Source: Malacoraja senta (lineage: Eukaryota). From it: a stretch of 20,000 bases of DNA. The translations under genes were made by a program, and so were the position numbers. The stretch is taken from NCBI GenBank assembly GCA_038087875.1, contig JAXLNO010000331.1, forward strand, positions 47,899 to 67,898, read 5' to 3'. How positions within the stretch are numbered: the stretch's first letter is position 1; every line of letters begins with the position of its first letter. Of this stretch, positions 18,877 to 20,000 are shown one piece after another. Below the pieces are notes generated by a model, which saw only the letters and a program-made list of their open reading frames with translations, searched no databases and was not told the DNA's origin.

Positions 18877-20000
18877 GGCATTTGATAAGGTCCCACATAG
18901 GAGATTAGTGGGCAGTGTTAGGGCACGTGGTATTGGGGGTAGAGTGCTGACATGGGTAGAGAAGTGGTTGGCAGACAGGAAACAAAGTGTAGGGATTAAC
19001 GGGTCCCTTTCAGAATGGCAGGCAGTGACTAGTGGGGTACTGCAAGGCTCGGTGCTGGGACCGCAGCTATTTACAATATACATCAATGATTTAGATGAAG
19101 GGATTCAAAGTAACATTAGCAAATTTGCAGATGACACAAAGCTGGGTGGCAGTGTGAACTGTGAGGAGGATGCTATGAGGATGCAGGGTGACTTGGACAG
19201 GTTGGGGGAGTGGGCAGATGCATGGCAGATGCAGTTTAATGTGGATAAATGTGAGGTTATCCACTTTGGTGGCAAGAACAGGAAGGCAGATTATTATCTG
19301 AATGGCGTCAAGTTGGGAAAAGGGGAAGTACAACGGGATCTGGGGGTCCTTGTACATCAGTCTATGAAAGTAAGCATGCAGGTACAGCAGGCAGTGAAGA
19401 AAGCCAATGGCATGTTGGCCTTTATAACAAGAGGAGTTGAGTATAGGAGCAAGGAGGTCCTTCTGCAGTTGTACAGGGCACTGGTGAGACCACACCTGGA
19501 GTATTGTGTGCAGTTTTGGTCCCCTAATTTGAGGAAGGACATTCTTGCTATTGAGGGAGCCCAGCGTAGGTTCACCAGGTTAATTCCCGGGATGGCGGGA
19601 CTGTCATATGCTGAGAGAATGGAGCGGCTGGGCTTGTACACTCTGGAGTTTAGAAGGATGAGAGGGGATCTCATTGAAACATATAAGATTATTAAGGGCT
19701 TGGACACGCTAGAGGCAGGAAACATGTTCCCGATGTTGGGGGAGTCCAGAACCAGGGGCCACACACACACAGTTTAAGAATAAGGGGTCGGCCATTTAGA
19801 ACGGAGACGAGGAAACACTTTTTTTCGGAGAGTTGTGAGTCTGTGGCCATTTAGAACGGAGACGAGGAGAAACTTTTCCACCCAGAGAGTTGTGAATCTG
19901 TGGGATTCTCTGCCTCAGAGGGCGGTGGAGGCCGGTTCTCTGGATACTTTCAAGAGAGAGCTAGATAGGGCTCTTAAAGATAGCGGAGTCAGGGGATATG
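18877..20000 (+). mobile_element. 5'-truncated CR1 subfamily A, longest copy (runs off the right edge)
   Basis: ORF 18863-19777: AFDKVPHRRL...SGVLQGSVLGP...YINDLD...KFADDTKLGG...[13 protein letters not shown]; frameshift at a (CA)6 tract. No endonuclease domain or ORF1. Confidence 0.95.

Noticed and set aside
349..19770. Antisense ORFs over CR1 copies (e.g. 349-837, 6798-7253, 13389-13877, 17815-18441, 19357-19770)
   Set aside because: Shadow frames of LINE ORF2; they recur only because the element recurs.

Overview
Non-genic vertebrate repeat DNA. The LINE families look like those of cartilaginous fish (skate/ray/shark); this is recognition, not a database match. About 35-40% of the window is a 20-bp minisatellite (consensus GTGTAAAAGTTTGTGAGACT) in six arrays. 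Most of the rest is 5'-truncated non-LTR retrotransposon debris: at least three CR1-clade subfamilies (here A, B, C), a Rex1/Babar-clade LINE and a short Penelope-like fragment, often nested in each other. The central 12.4 kb (3426-15795) is a head-to-tail duplication with a 2-bp microhomology junction at 9203-9204, and one CR1-A insertion is present three times with identical junctions. I see no host protein-coding gene, RNA gene, CRISPR array or full-length autonomous element, and no credible new biological system. The interesting signals concern repeat evolution: uneven divergence between duplicate copies, shuffled higher-order satellite blocks, two CR1-B insertions at equivalent KKA codons, a (CA)n microsatellite arising in CR1 ORF2, and junction hairpins.
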